Source of the DNA: Gammaproteobacteria bacterium
GTDB lineage: Bacteria; Pseudomonadota; Gammaproteobacteria; JABABF01
Direction of reading: 5' to 3'
DNA: 64,000 nucleotides
Assembly (NCBI GenBank): GCA_965237805.1
Contig: OZ250153.1
Location: 256,001-320,000 of the forward strand
Within the stretch, counting starts at the first letter, position 1, and every line of letters starts with the position of its first letter. The translations under genes were made by a program, and so were the position numbers. Positions 10,353 to 20,500 of the stretch are shown piece by piece. The notes below the pieces were generated by a model. That model did no database searches, was not told the origin of the DNA, and worked only from the letters and a program-made list of their open reading frames with translations.

Positions 10353-11582
10353 GTGTCCCAACAACAGCCCACAAGCCTGCGCAAATCTTCCCTGCTCGAC
10401 GATATTTGCTACGATCTGCGCGGCCCCCTGTTGCAGTGCGCCAGCTCGATGGAGGAAGAGGGGCACACGATCCTCAAGCTGAACATCGGCAACCCCGGTG
10501 TCTTCGGCCTCGATGCGCCCGATGAGATACTGCGCGATGTCATCGCCAATCTGCGCCAAGCACAGCCCTACAGCGAGTCGCACGGTCTGTTTCCGGCGCG
10601 CAAGGCGATCATGCAGCACTGCCAGCAACAAGGGGTGCAGCAGATCGATGTCGAGGACATCTTCTTGGGCAATGGCGTCAGCGAGTTGATCCAGATGGCG
10701 GTGCAGGCGCTGCTCAACCCGGGCGATGAGTTGCTGATACCATGCCCGGACTACCCGCTGTGGAGCGCCGTCACCAGACTGGCCAATGGGGTGCCACGGT
10801 ATTACCGCTGCGTCGAAGAGGCTGGCTGGCAACCCGATTTGGATCATCTGCGCGCACAGATTTCGCCGCGCACCCGTGGCATCGTCGTGATCAATCCCAA
10901 CAATCCCACCGGCGCAGTCTATTCCGCTGAGCTGCTGAGGGGGATCGTCGAGCTGGCCCGCGAACATGACTTGCCGCTATTCGCCGACGAGATCTACGAC
11001 AAAACCCTCTACGAGGATGCCGAGCATGTGCCGCTGGCCAGACTGGCGGGCGAGCTGTGTTGCCTCAGCTTTAGCGGGCTGTCAAAGAACTACCGCTTGG
11101 CTGGCTTCCGCAGCGGCTGGATGATCGTCAGCGGCGATCGCCGCCGCAATATCGACTACCGAGAGGGGCTGCTACTGTTGGCATCGATGCGCCTATGCGC
11201 CAATGTGCCAGGCCAGCTGGCCGTGCAGACCGCCTTGGGCGGGCACCAGAGCATTGCGGATTTGGTCGCGCCCGGCGGTCGCCTGCGCGAGCAGCGCGAC
11301 CACGCTTGGCGGCGCATCGATGCCATGGAGGGGGTCTCCTGTCACCGGCCACAGGGGGCGATCTACCTGTTTGCGCGCTTTGACAGCGAGTATTTCGGCA
11401 CCGTCGATGACGAGCAGCTGGCGCTGGCTCTGTTGCGTGAGGAGAAGATGCTACTGACCCCAGGCAGCGCTTTCAACTGGCCACATCCCGACCATCTGCG
11501 GCTGACTTTCCTGCCCACCATCGATGTGATGGAGGACGCGATGAACCGCCTTGAGGGCTTCCTCAGCCGACGCGGTGGCTGA
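10353..11582 (+). CDS. alaA: PLP-dependent aminotransferase (AlaA/AlaT type)
   Basis: [54 protein letters not shown]. Confidence 0.9.
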   Translation: MSQQQPTSLRKSSLLDDICYDLRGPLLQCASSMEEEGHTILKLNIGNPGVFGLDAPDEILRDVIANLRQAQPYSESHGLFPARKAIMQHCQQQGVQQIDVEDIFLGNGVSELIQMAVQALLNPGDELLIPCPDYPLWSAVTRLANGVPRYYRCVEEAGWQPDLDHLRAQISPRTRGIVVINPNNPTGAVYSAELLRGIVELAREHDLPLFADEIYDKTLYEDAEHVPLARLAGELCCLSFSGLSKNYRLAGFRSGWMIVSGDRRRNIDYREGLLLLASMRLCANVPGQLAVQTALGGHQSIADLVAPGGRLREQRDHAWRRIDAMEGVSCHRPQGAIYLFARFDSEYFGTVDDEQLALALLREEKMLLTPGSAFNWPHPDHLRLTFLPTIDVMEDAMNRLEGFLSRRGG

Positions 11583-11651
11583 GGGGGCGAGGCGTCGATC
11601 AAAGCCTGGGCAGCAGCTCACTTAGCCCAAGCTGCGGGGGTTAACGGGGGC

Positions 11652-11680
11652 TTGACAGTGGCGGAAAAGTGCAATAATTT
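11652..11680 (+). promoter_or_regulatory. Putative sigma70 promoter upstream of decayed gene
   Basis: TTGACA (11652-11657), 17-nt spacer, TAATTT (11675-11680); ATG at 11693. Confidence 0.5.
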
Positions 11681-11692
11681 CAAGAAAATCTC

Positions 11693-12331
11693 ATGATAAA
11701 CGCCCTTCTGACATGGTCGCAGACTAATCCAGCTCCCAGCTGGGCGTTGCTTGCGGTTTTCACAGTGATCGCTACCCGTTTTATTGATCGATGGATCGAT
11801 GGTTTGTTGAGCACAACACCGAGCATCGCGAGCTGGCACAGCTACATAGCAAAATGGTGCCAGCACTAAGCGAGCTCATTGGGTTGGCACCATTGCTAAG
11901 GCGCATTGAAGCACAATTTGTTGCTCGGGATGCCAGCGCGTTTGTCAGCGCGCCCGGCCCCTTGTCTCTTGGCGAAAAAGGGCAGGAAGTCAGCAAGGCG
12001 ATCAAAGCGGACGACTTGGTGGCATGAGCCTCCCCGATTCTGGAAGACTCTGTCAATCTCCCTGAGCCAGCTGCGACAGCCTACGATCTACCAAGCAAAA
12101 GTACGCAGGGCTGGGAGTTGTTTGGTCTGATGGAGGCCGCAGGGAGAGACCAATCAGAGGAATATCAAAAGTATTTTAAACTGCTAAAAGATGTTGCTTA
12201 GAAGAATGGAGCAACGCAAACAAGCATACTCGCGATAGTCGGCATCGCGAGACCGCATTTTGGACGAGCGGGGCATGGACATCATGCAAGCGGATCAAAG
12301 CTTGCCGGCTGACAGCCAGTCAGCAGAATAA
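11693..12331 (+). pseudogene. Pseudogene of a hypothetical membrane-anchored protein
   Basis: Reconstructable frame MINALLTWSQTNPAPSWALLAVFTVIATRFIDRW/FVEHNTEHRELAQ...PLSLGEKGQEVSKAIKADDLVA*ASPILED...LLKDVA*KNGATQTSILAIVGI/RDRILDERG. Broken by an 8-bp duplication (GATCGATG x2 at 11786-11801), two in-frame stops and a late frameshift. Confidence 0.65.
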
Positions 12332-12342
12332 TTGCTCTGTTG

Positions 12343-12897
12343 GCTGGCTATCACCAAGCACTGCCCGCTCCACCGCCACCCACACCCTCGTCGCTTGCCC
12401 CGTTGCCGCTCGGCCGGTGCAGACTGGCCCCTAGGCTTGGCAACAACAGTCACCCGCTGATTGTCGCTCTATTTGCTTCTGCCAGCTCAGTCCCTCAGCC
12501 ACTCATAGATCATCGTCTTGCCGCTCATGGCGGTAAAGAGCGCATGGGTCTATGGCTGCCAGCGCACAGCACCCAGCATTGAGCCTTGATGCGAACTCAA
12601 TAGCGCCCGCAGTGCTGCTGGCTATCACCAAGCACTGCCCGCTCCACCGCCACCCACACCCTCGCCGCTTGCCCTGTTGCCGCTCGGCCAGTGCAGACTG
12701 GCCCCTAGGCTGGGCAACAACAGTCCCCCGCTGATTTGCCCGCTCTATTTGCTTCTGCCAGCTCAGTCCGTCAGCCCCTCATAGATCATCGTCTTGCCGC
12801 TCGGCGGTAAAGAGCACATGGGTCTATGGCTGCCAGCGCACAACACCCAGCATTGAGCCTTGATGCGAACTCAATATCGCCCGCAGTGCTGCTGGCT
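12343..12897. repeat. Non-coding tandem duplication, 2 x ~274 bp, hairpin-rich
   Basis: GCTGGCTATCACCAAGCACTGCCCG starts at 12343 and again at 12617; the copies differ by scattered substitutions and small indels. Confidence 0.92.
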
Positions 12898-12938
12898 CCC
12901 GTTGTGGTAGCTGTCGTTGGCAGCGCAGTCATGCCCCT

Positions 12939-14153
12939 CTATTTTGCTGCTGGCAATGACGGTGTCAGTTGCAAAAAGCCAGCGGCGCGCAGCATGCGCT
13001 GGGTGGCGAGGGGCAATGACTGCGCCAGCAGCGGCAACTCGGAGAACTCCAGCCGCGGTGGCGGCGCGGCGCGGGCGGCGGCGAAACCCTGTGCAGTATC
13101 GTCTGGCGTGGCTGCCAGCAGCGTGCGCAACTGGCGATCCAGCTCCTCTAGTGGGCAACAATAGGCGCTGAGCCGCTGCAGCAAAACCGGGAAGTTCTGA
13201 GCATCCTCCGCGCGCAAGCATAGCGGCTCCACTGCGGGGATCACCGGAGCTGGCTCGGCTGCTGTCTGTGCCCCGCTCGCCCCTGCCGAGCTCAGCGCTG
13301 AGGGGTCTGGTGCCCCTAAATGCTGGCAAGCGGCCTCGTAGAGTAGCGCCAGCGCACGGCGGCGGGCACTGGCGGTGTGGCCAGCGATGTGGGGGGTCGC
13401 CAGATGGACGCAGGCCAGCAAATCTGAGTCGATGGCCGGTTCGCCCTCCCAGGTGTCCAGCGCCAATCGCGGTGCGCCAGGGGCAGCTGAGCGCCGGAGC
13501 AGTGCCTCGCTGTCGATCAGCGCGCCGCGGGCGCTGTTGATCAGCAGCGCCCCAGAACGCAGCTGCGCCAAGGCCTCAGCCCCGATCAGATGGCGATTGC
13601 CATCGCTTAGCGGCAAATGCAGGCTGATCGCATCCGCGGCGGCCAGCAGCTCCGCCAAGGGCCTGCTGGGTAGCTCGGCGGCGCGCAGTGGGTCGCAGAT
13701 CAGGCAGCGCAACCCCAATGCCTCAAGGCGACGGCGCAGGCGGTCGCCGCTGTGGCCGCAGCCGACGATGCCCACCGTCAGTTGCGGCGGCGCCGATGGA
13801 AATCCCGGCAGCTGGTGGCACAGCACCGACAGCACATAATCCACCACCGCTTCGGCATTGCAGCCCGGAGCCGCCGCCCAAGCGATGCCGCGCTGGCGCA
13901 GACAGCGCACGTCGATGTGCTCGACCCCGCTGGTCGCGCTACCGACAAAACGCAGGCCCGTCGCCCCGTCCAGCAAGGCATCGTCGACCCGTGTGACCGA
14001 GCGCAGGATCAACAGTCTCAGCGAGGGCGGCAAGGGGGCGACGATGGCCGCCGCCGGGCGGGGCTCTACCGGGCCAAAGGCTGCGAAGCGCTGTGCTGCG
14101 CCCGGCAAAGCCTCATCGACCACCACCCGCGGGCCCGCGCCGTCGGCGCTCAA
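12939..14153 (-). CDS. pdxB: Erythronate-4-phosphate dehydrogenase
   Basis: LRSVTRVDDALL, FVGSATSGVEHID, APGCNAEAVVDYV, INSARG, LDTWEGEP, ATPHIAGH. Confidence 0.88.
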   Translation of the reverse strand: MSADGAGPRVVVDEALPGAAQRFAAFGPVEPRPAAAIVAPLPPSLRLLILRSVTRVDDALLDGATGLRFVGSATSGVEHIDVRCLRQRGIAWAAAPGCNAEAVVDYVLSVLCHQLPGFPSAPPQLTVGIVGCGHSGDRLRRRLEALGLRCLICDPLRAAELPSRPLAELLAAADAISLHLPLSDGNRHLIGAEALAQLRSGALLINSARGALIDSEALLRRSAAPGAPRLALDTWEGEPAIDSDLLACVHLATPHIAGHTASARRRALALLYEAACQHLGAPDPSALSSAGASGAQTAAEPAPVIPAVEPLCLRAEDAQNFPVLLQRLSAYCCPLEELDRQLRTLLAATPDDTAQGFAAARAAPPPRLEFSELPLLAQSLPLATQRMLRAAGFLQLTPSLPAAK

Positions 14154-14174
14154 GGTGGCGGCAAAGCCATGGCT

Positions 14175-14480
14175 TCAGCTGTGCGACGCTGCGGGGCCGC
14201 CCTTGCGGATCAAAAAATACAGCTTGCGGTCGCGCTGTTGCGAGGGCTGCGAGGCGCTGAGCAATTGATGCCCCAAATGGTGGCAAAATCTCTCCACATC
14301 GCGCTGGGTCGAGGGATCGGTGGCACAGAGCCGCAACAGCTCGCCGCGACGCAGGCGACGGATCTCGCGGTGCAATAGCATCAGTGGCTCGGGGCAGGAC
14401 AGACCGCAGACATTGAGCTGGTGCACCGCCTGCGCCGTTCCATCGCTGCTGTCGGACTGTTTGTTGGCTGCGCTACTCAT
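14175..14480 (-). CDS. tusA: Sulfur carrier protein TusA
   Basis: LNVCGLSCPEPLMLLHREIR...ATDPSTQRDVERFC (CPxP motif). Confidence 0.9.
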   Translation of the reverse strand: MSSAANKQSDSSDGTAQAVHQLNVCGLSCPEPLMLLHREIRRLRRGELLRLCATDPSTQRDVERFCHHLGHQLLSASQPSQQRDRKLYFLIRKGGPAASHS

Positions 14481-14560
14481 TGACTGTAGCTCGCCAAAAG
14501 TGCGGCGTCGAGCTGGCGCAAGCCCCGCCACAGACCACAGATTTTAGTGGCTACTCGAAC

Positions 14561-17500
14561 TCACCACGGGTAGTCGAACCAAGCACGCACCACACTCTCA
14601 ACATTCAGCAGCTCGTCCACATCGCGTTTGATGACCGCAGCGCGACCGCAGGCGGCCGGCGAATCCAATGCCAAGCGCACCGCATACAGCACGCTACCAT
14701 TATCCCTGTCCACCGCGCCGATGCCGACCCGCACCGCGCCGAAGCCCTGTGCCAAGAGCTTCTGGGCGGTACGCTCGGCGGCCAAGACATTGGCATAGGC
14801 CGCCACCTGCACATACCAGCCTTGATGGCCGCGCACTGTGTCCAAGCAAGCACAAACCGATGCGCCCGGTCGTGTGCAAGGAGAGCTCAGCGCCGAGATA
14901 TAGCTGGGCCGCTGGCTGGTGGGCTCGGGCCGCGTGCGCTCTGGGCGACGGGGGAGCTCCTCCCGACGGCGTGCGCTCGCCTGTGGGCGGCGGCTGGGCG
15001 CGGCATCCTCGGCAGCGCCATTGAAGCGATAGCTCAGCCCGGCACCGGCAAAAGCGGTGCCGAGGTCGTAATCTTCGTAGAAAATTTTCAGCGCCAAACC
15101 GCGGGCCGGGTTACCAGCCAGATCCAACTCCATGCCCAGCCCCCAGTAGAGGCCATCGTCGTTCTTGACAGCTACCCGCCACTGTCTGGACTTGGCATCG
15201 CCGCTGCGCCAGCCCAGCGAAGCATAGGGTGACCAGCGGCGATCGCGGCCATAGGGAAACCAATTCACCCCCGCCCCGGCAGCCGTTTGCTCGACGCCGC
15301 CGCAGGCGGTCGCATTGCAGACTCTGGACTCGCCCAAATCCGCCCAAAAGCCTTCCAACCACAGATCTTCCAAGGTGATGACAAAGAGCGGCAGCTTGAA
15401 TGGCAGCGCGTAGTCGACGCCAACACGGTAGGCAAAATCTTCCTGATCATCCAAGCGGAAAGTGCTGCTCTGTAGTGAGGGCTTCAAAAAACTCTGCCCC
15501 ACCGCTCCGCTGATGCCGAAGTCGAGGGCAGCGGCCGTCGCAGGCAGGCTCAGGCACAGCGAGAGCAAGGCCGCACCAGCCATCGCAACGCCGCGCCGAT
15601 GCCACTGGCCGCTGCGGCCAAGGCTCAGGAGCATCATCAGTGCGAGCAGCGCCAACCAAGGCAGCCCAACCGTGCCGCCACCGCCGTGGAAAACCACCAC
15701 CTCGCTACCGCTCGTCGCCTGCAATGCCAGCGGGCTCAAGGAGTCGGACGTAGCGCTGACATGCACACAGCCGCCATTGGACAGAGCGCCCGCCACCAGC
15801 GACAGCAGCGGGAGATAGGCCGCATCGCCGGGTGCCGGGCAAGCCCTGCCGCTCGTTCCAGCGACGCTGAGATACGGCGAGAATGTCACCGTATTGGCCA
15901 CGATTACCGTCGCGCTGCTCATGCCGGGGCCACTGTCGATCGTGATCGTGCGCTGGCTGGTATCCACCTCGCACCAACTGGCCGTCGCCGCACTGGGGCA
16001 AGTGCTGGAATAGTGATACAACTTGTCAGTGCTGATCGCTCCATCGACCGAGAACACAAAGTCGAGCAAGTCGCCAGCCGAAAAACAGGCTGCGCTATCA
16101 CCGCAACTGAAGGACACATCGAGTACCAAGTTATCGACGACGCTCACTGGCAGCGGCGCGATGCCCAGTGCGGCAAACTCGCTCAGCGGCACACGGGGCG
16201 AATTTGCCACCGGGCGCTGCGCCGCGATATCACCCAGACGCAGGATGATCCCCGGCGCAACGAGCATAAAGTGCGCGTTGGCTGTGCCGGCGCTGTCGCC
16301 GTACGGCAGGGCCGAGTTGACCAATACCAAGCCGGGCACTTCCAGCGTATCTGGAATCAAGTCGCCGTCGCTGTCCAACTGGCCAACGCTAAAGACTCGC
16401 TGCAAACTCTCGCCCGTGCTCTCGGCCCCAATGCGATACACCGCCGCGTTGCTGCCGAAAACACTGCCTGCCACACTGTAAGTACCAGCCAACGCCACCG
16501 ACGGCGTCGCTGGTGTCGAAGAGCCGAGCACGCTGAGTGTCCAAGTGCGAGTGCTATTCACAACGCTGCCAGACACCGAGAACTCCACCCCCGCCGCAGG
16601 ATCGGCAATGCTCTGCAACAGCGCGCTGCTCCCGCTCTGGCGCAGCTGGATCACCGGTGCATAGGCCGCCACCGCACGCAGCGCTGGCTGATAAACAATG
16701 CTATAAGTCGTGCTCGACGAACAGCTGGCAGAAAAAGAGCACAGCGACACCAGATCGAGAGACGCATTGTCCAGCTGCACGGTGGCCATCACCGTCAGGG
16801 TCGAGGTGCTCACCGTGTAGCCCACCGCTTGCTCCACAGCACCCGACAGCGACAGGCTGCTCGCCATCAGCGCCAAACCAGAGCTGCTGAGACTCAGCGC
16901 CACTGCCCCGTCACCGTCGGGCTGCGCTCCCAATAACTGCAATCTCATGCTGCCCGAGCCGCCCGCTATCACCGAGAGATCGCCGCCTACCGACAATACT
17001 GGCCGCAGCTCCAAGCGCCGGATCACCGCATCGCTCGCTGCGCTGCCAGAGGACAGCCAGTGTGTGCCCGACACATAGTTGTGGCTGTCCGCTGCTGGCA
17101 GCACCCCACCCTGATAGACACCAGCGCTGATATGCACCACCGAGTCCAGCGGCAGGCTCAGCGACGCCGTGCCAGAACTGTTGGTGAATGAGGCAAAGTC
17201 CGTCAGCACACCGCGCGCGTTTTGGCGCGGCAAAACCGTTGCCGCGCTACTCAACTCGTCGCGACGACCGTAGTACAGCTCCACCACATCTGGCAAGCCG
17301 TCGCTATCGGCATCCGTCGCCGCAGAGGCCCCTGTCGTGTTCGACAGATCGCTGTTCAGATAGGCTTCCAAACTGTCCGACAGGCCATCGCCGTCCGTGT
17401 CACAAGCAGCGTCCGGGCACACTGTCAAACCGCCAACAGGCATGAAATCGTATTCCAAATCATCCGACAGGCCGTCGTTATCGGCATCGGTCAGCGAGAA

Positions 17501-20500
17501 TGCCGCCGTGTTCAGCATCACCGGGGCGCTGTACACCGTACTGCCACCGGCATCGCGCACTGCGAGGAAGACGCAATAGGCCGTGCCCTGCGAGAGCGCG
17601 TTGAGCTGCCCGCTACCGCCGGTGGCGCTCAAACTCAGCTGGGAGGACATCGCCGTGATCGAGGCGATGGCGCAAGTCGTGCCAGTGTGGAAGGCCAGCC
17701 AATAACTGGCGGCCGTGTTGATGGGCGTCGCCGCCTCGCTCAGCTGCGCGCGATCGCTGGCCAATTCGCTGAACAGCAGGGTCGCCGAATAAGCCCGCAA
17801 CTCGGCGCTGTCCACCGATAGACACGCGTTCGCCACACTGTCCAAGTCGCCATCGCAGATGGTCGGGGGAACCAGATCGGCGCTGAGGGTGAATTCGCTC
17901 GGCGCGGGGATGCTGCTGTAGGCGCTCCCAGACTGGAGGGCGATCGTCAAACTCAGGGTGCTGCTGAGCAGCCCGCTCGGCAACTGCGCAAAAGCAAAAC
18001 CTCCACTGGAGGGTGCCGTGAAACTGATCACGCCGCGCTCAGCAGCAGCAGCCACCGTCACCATCGCTGTCGTCGTCGCACTCAGCGGAGAGAGCGGCGT
18101 ACAGCCGCCGCCATCGCTGGTGCAGGATAGCTGCGGTGTCACTGTCAGCGATAGTCCGGATGGATCGCGATCGTAGACCTTGGCCGTGGAATCGTTGAAA
18201 GCGGGGCTAGTGCCGCTCAAATCAACGTTCAGAAAAGCGTGATAAGTGCCACTAAAGCTGTAACTGGCGTCGTGGATCAGCGAGCTGCCCGCCACCGCGA
18301 TGCCCGTGCTGCTGTTCCGCGCCGTCACCGCCGCCAAGGTCTCCAAACTGTCGGCGCTAACATTCATGGTGACCGTCACTTGGTTCTCAGCAGTCGTGAA
18401 CACCCTTTGACGACCATCAATCGGGGAGAAATACAGATTCCGGACATGGCCAGATGACAGGATCTCCTCCTGGTGCTCCACATCCGTATCACCGCTCACA
18501 ACGAGAGCCTGCGCAGACAGATCCGCGTTCAGATCAAGCTGCCCGCTGGCATCTCGGCTACGCAGGTTCAACACAACAACATTGGCAGTCGACGCCGCGC
18601 CGCTGCCGGCGCGGAAGTCGGTTTGCACCGCAAAACCTGCAGCGGTGCTGCCAGTGACGCTGGGGGCACTGCCAACACTGACGCTGTCGATCGCCACCGT
18701 CGTGCCAATCACCTCCATGCTGAGCCTGTTCTCCAGCGTGCCGCCACTGAAAGCGCCACTGCCGAAGACGCCAGCAGTTGCCGGTGATACCCGCAGCCGC
18801 AGCTGCCCTGCATCCACCGCATCGCTACTGAGCAATGCGCTGTGGTTGGCCACCGCAGCCGTCAACAGCAGCTGGGCCGTGCCGCCCTCGGCAATGCTCA
18901 GCGGCGTGCCGAGCGTCAGGCGAATCATCTGCTCGCCAGAGGACACGCGCGCCAAGGCCGTGACTGTCGCCGCCAGCACTGCCCCCGTGGCGTTGCCAGC
19001 GGCATCCGCCGCATACAGATTCAAAGTCAGCGCCGGCACCACACCGCGCGTCAAAGCGCTGTCGATGCCAGCAACGATGGGTGCAATGCCGCTGTCTTCA
19101 GCCAACAGACTCAATAACACGGAACTGATCGCGACACCCATACTGTCCCCCGCACCCTCGGCAAAACTCAGCGCCATCACCCGCTGCTCTGTGCTCCCCA
19201 AGACATTGCTCAGCGTCGCCTGGCCGATGTCGATCAAACTCACCGTCGTGGGCACCACTCCCAACACCGTGAAACTCGTCGGAGTAGGCACTGTCAGGGC
19301 GATGCCACCAGTCGCCGTGGACATGATTGCCAGCGTCAATGGCGTGTCCAATAGCCCCATCGGCAGAGTGGGCAGAGTGATGGCCAGCGAAAATTCGATC
19401 AGCGGGACGTCGATGCCGTCAATCTGCACTGTATTCGCCGGTGCCGTGAGCGTCACAGCGCCAGCGACGGGCGCGCTGCAAGAAGAATCTAACTCGCATC
19501 CCAAAACCCCAGACACCGCGAGCTCAATGGTGGCGGACACATCATCTAAGTCGTAGACAGGAAGGATAGTAGCCGGGCCGGTCTGCAGCTCGGCGAAACT
19601 CAGATAACTGCCCTCAAACATATAGCTGCGGTCGTGCAACAGCATCGCGGGCTCGACCGCGCCACCACCAAAACTGGCCGAGACCGCATCATGCGTCTCC
19701 AACCGGCCGCCCGTCACATCCATACTGAGAGTGAGATTGACCGTGTTCTCGAAGACAACATGGGGGGAGGGAATGCTCGCGACCACCGTGCCATGATCCT
19801 GCAAAGAATAATAGCTAATCTCTCTGACATAGCCAAAAGTGCCCGCCTGCAATGACACCGCACAACGGGTCTGCCCCCCGCCGCCGCTACAACCGGAAAA
19901 ACCTGTGTTGAACCCTGCATTCAGCGCCGAAGAGCTCAGGTCGCTGTCCAGATCGAGCTGCCCTTTACTATCTCGACTGACCACAGTCAAGCGCAAAATA
20001 TTCTGCGCGACAGTGACACCACCATCTCGGTAGCGATAGGTGGCCGCATACGGCGTGCCAATACCATCACCAGTCACATCAATGGTGGCAGAGGAAGGGA
20101 CAGTCGGCATGGAGTTCAAACGCAGCACGGTGCCCACCACCGCCATGGTGACGCTGCCGACGGTGTTTGTTGCCGTCGAAAAGCGGCTGCTGATGACACC
20201 GGCAGGCTGCACAATCTCTGAGGGGCGCAGCTCCAGCATCAGCTGCGAGCCGTCGACGATATCCGCTCTACTCTGCAGCCCATCCAAGGAATCCGGAAAC
20301 GCAAAGAGCCCCAAACGCTCGCTGCCACCGTCGGCGATGACCAGCGGCGACACCAACGTGACAACAAGCGATTGGGTGGGTCTGCGCACACTGAGCGAGT
20401 CAGCAGTCAGCGTCGCCAGTGCAGCACCCACAGCAGTGCCCCCGGCATCGATGCGGTGAAGGTTGAAATCCAGACTTGGCACAGCATGCTGGGAATTTTC

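Noticed and set aside
10191-10967. 405-aa ORF as a long MsrB fusion
   Set aside because: The upstream part is antisense to alaA; only 9750-10190 is MsrB.
12343-12897. CRISPR array or integron attC array
   Set aside because: Two long contiguous copies with no unique spacers or cassette ORFs between them; no cas or intI genes.
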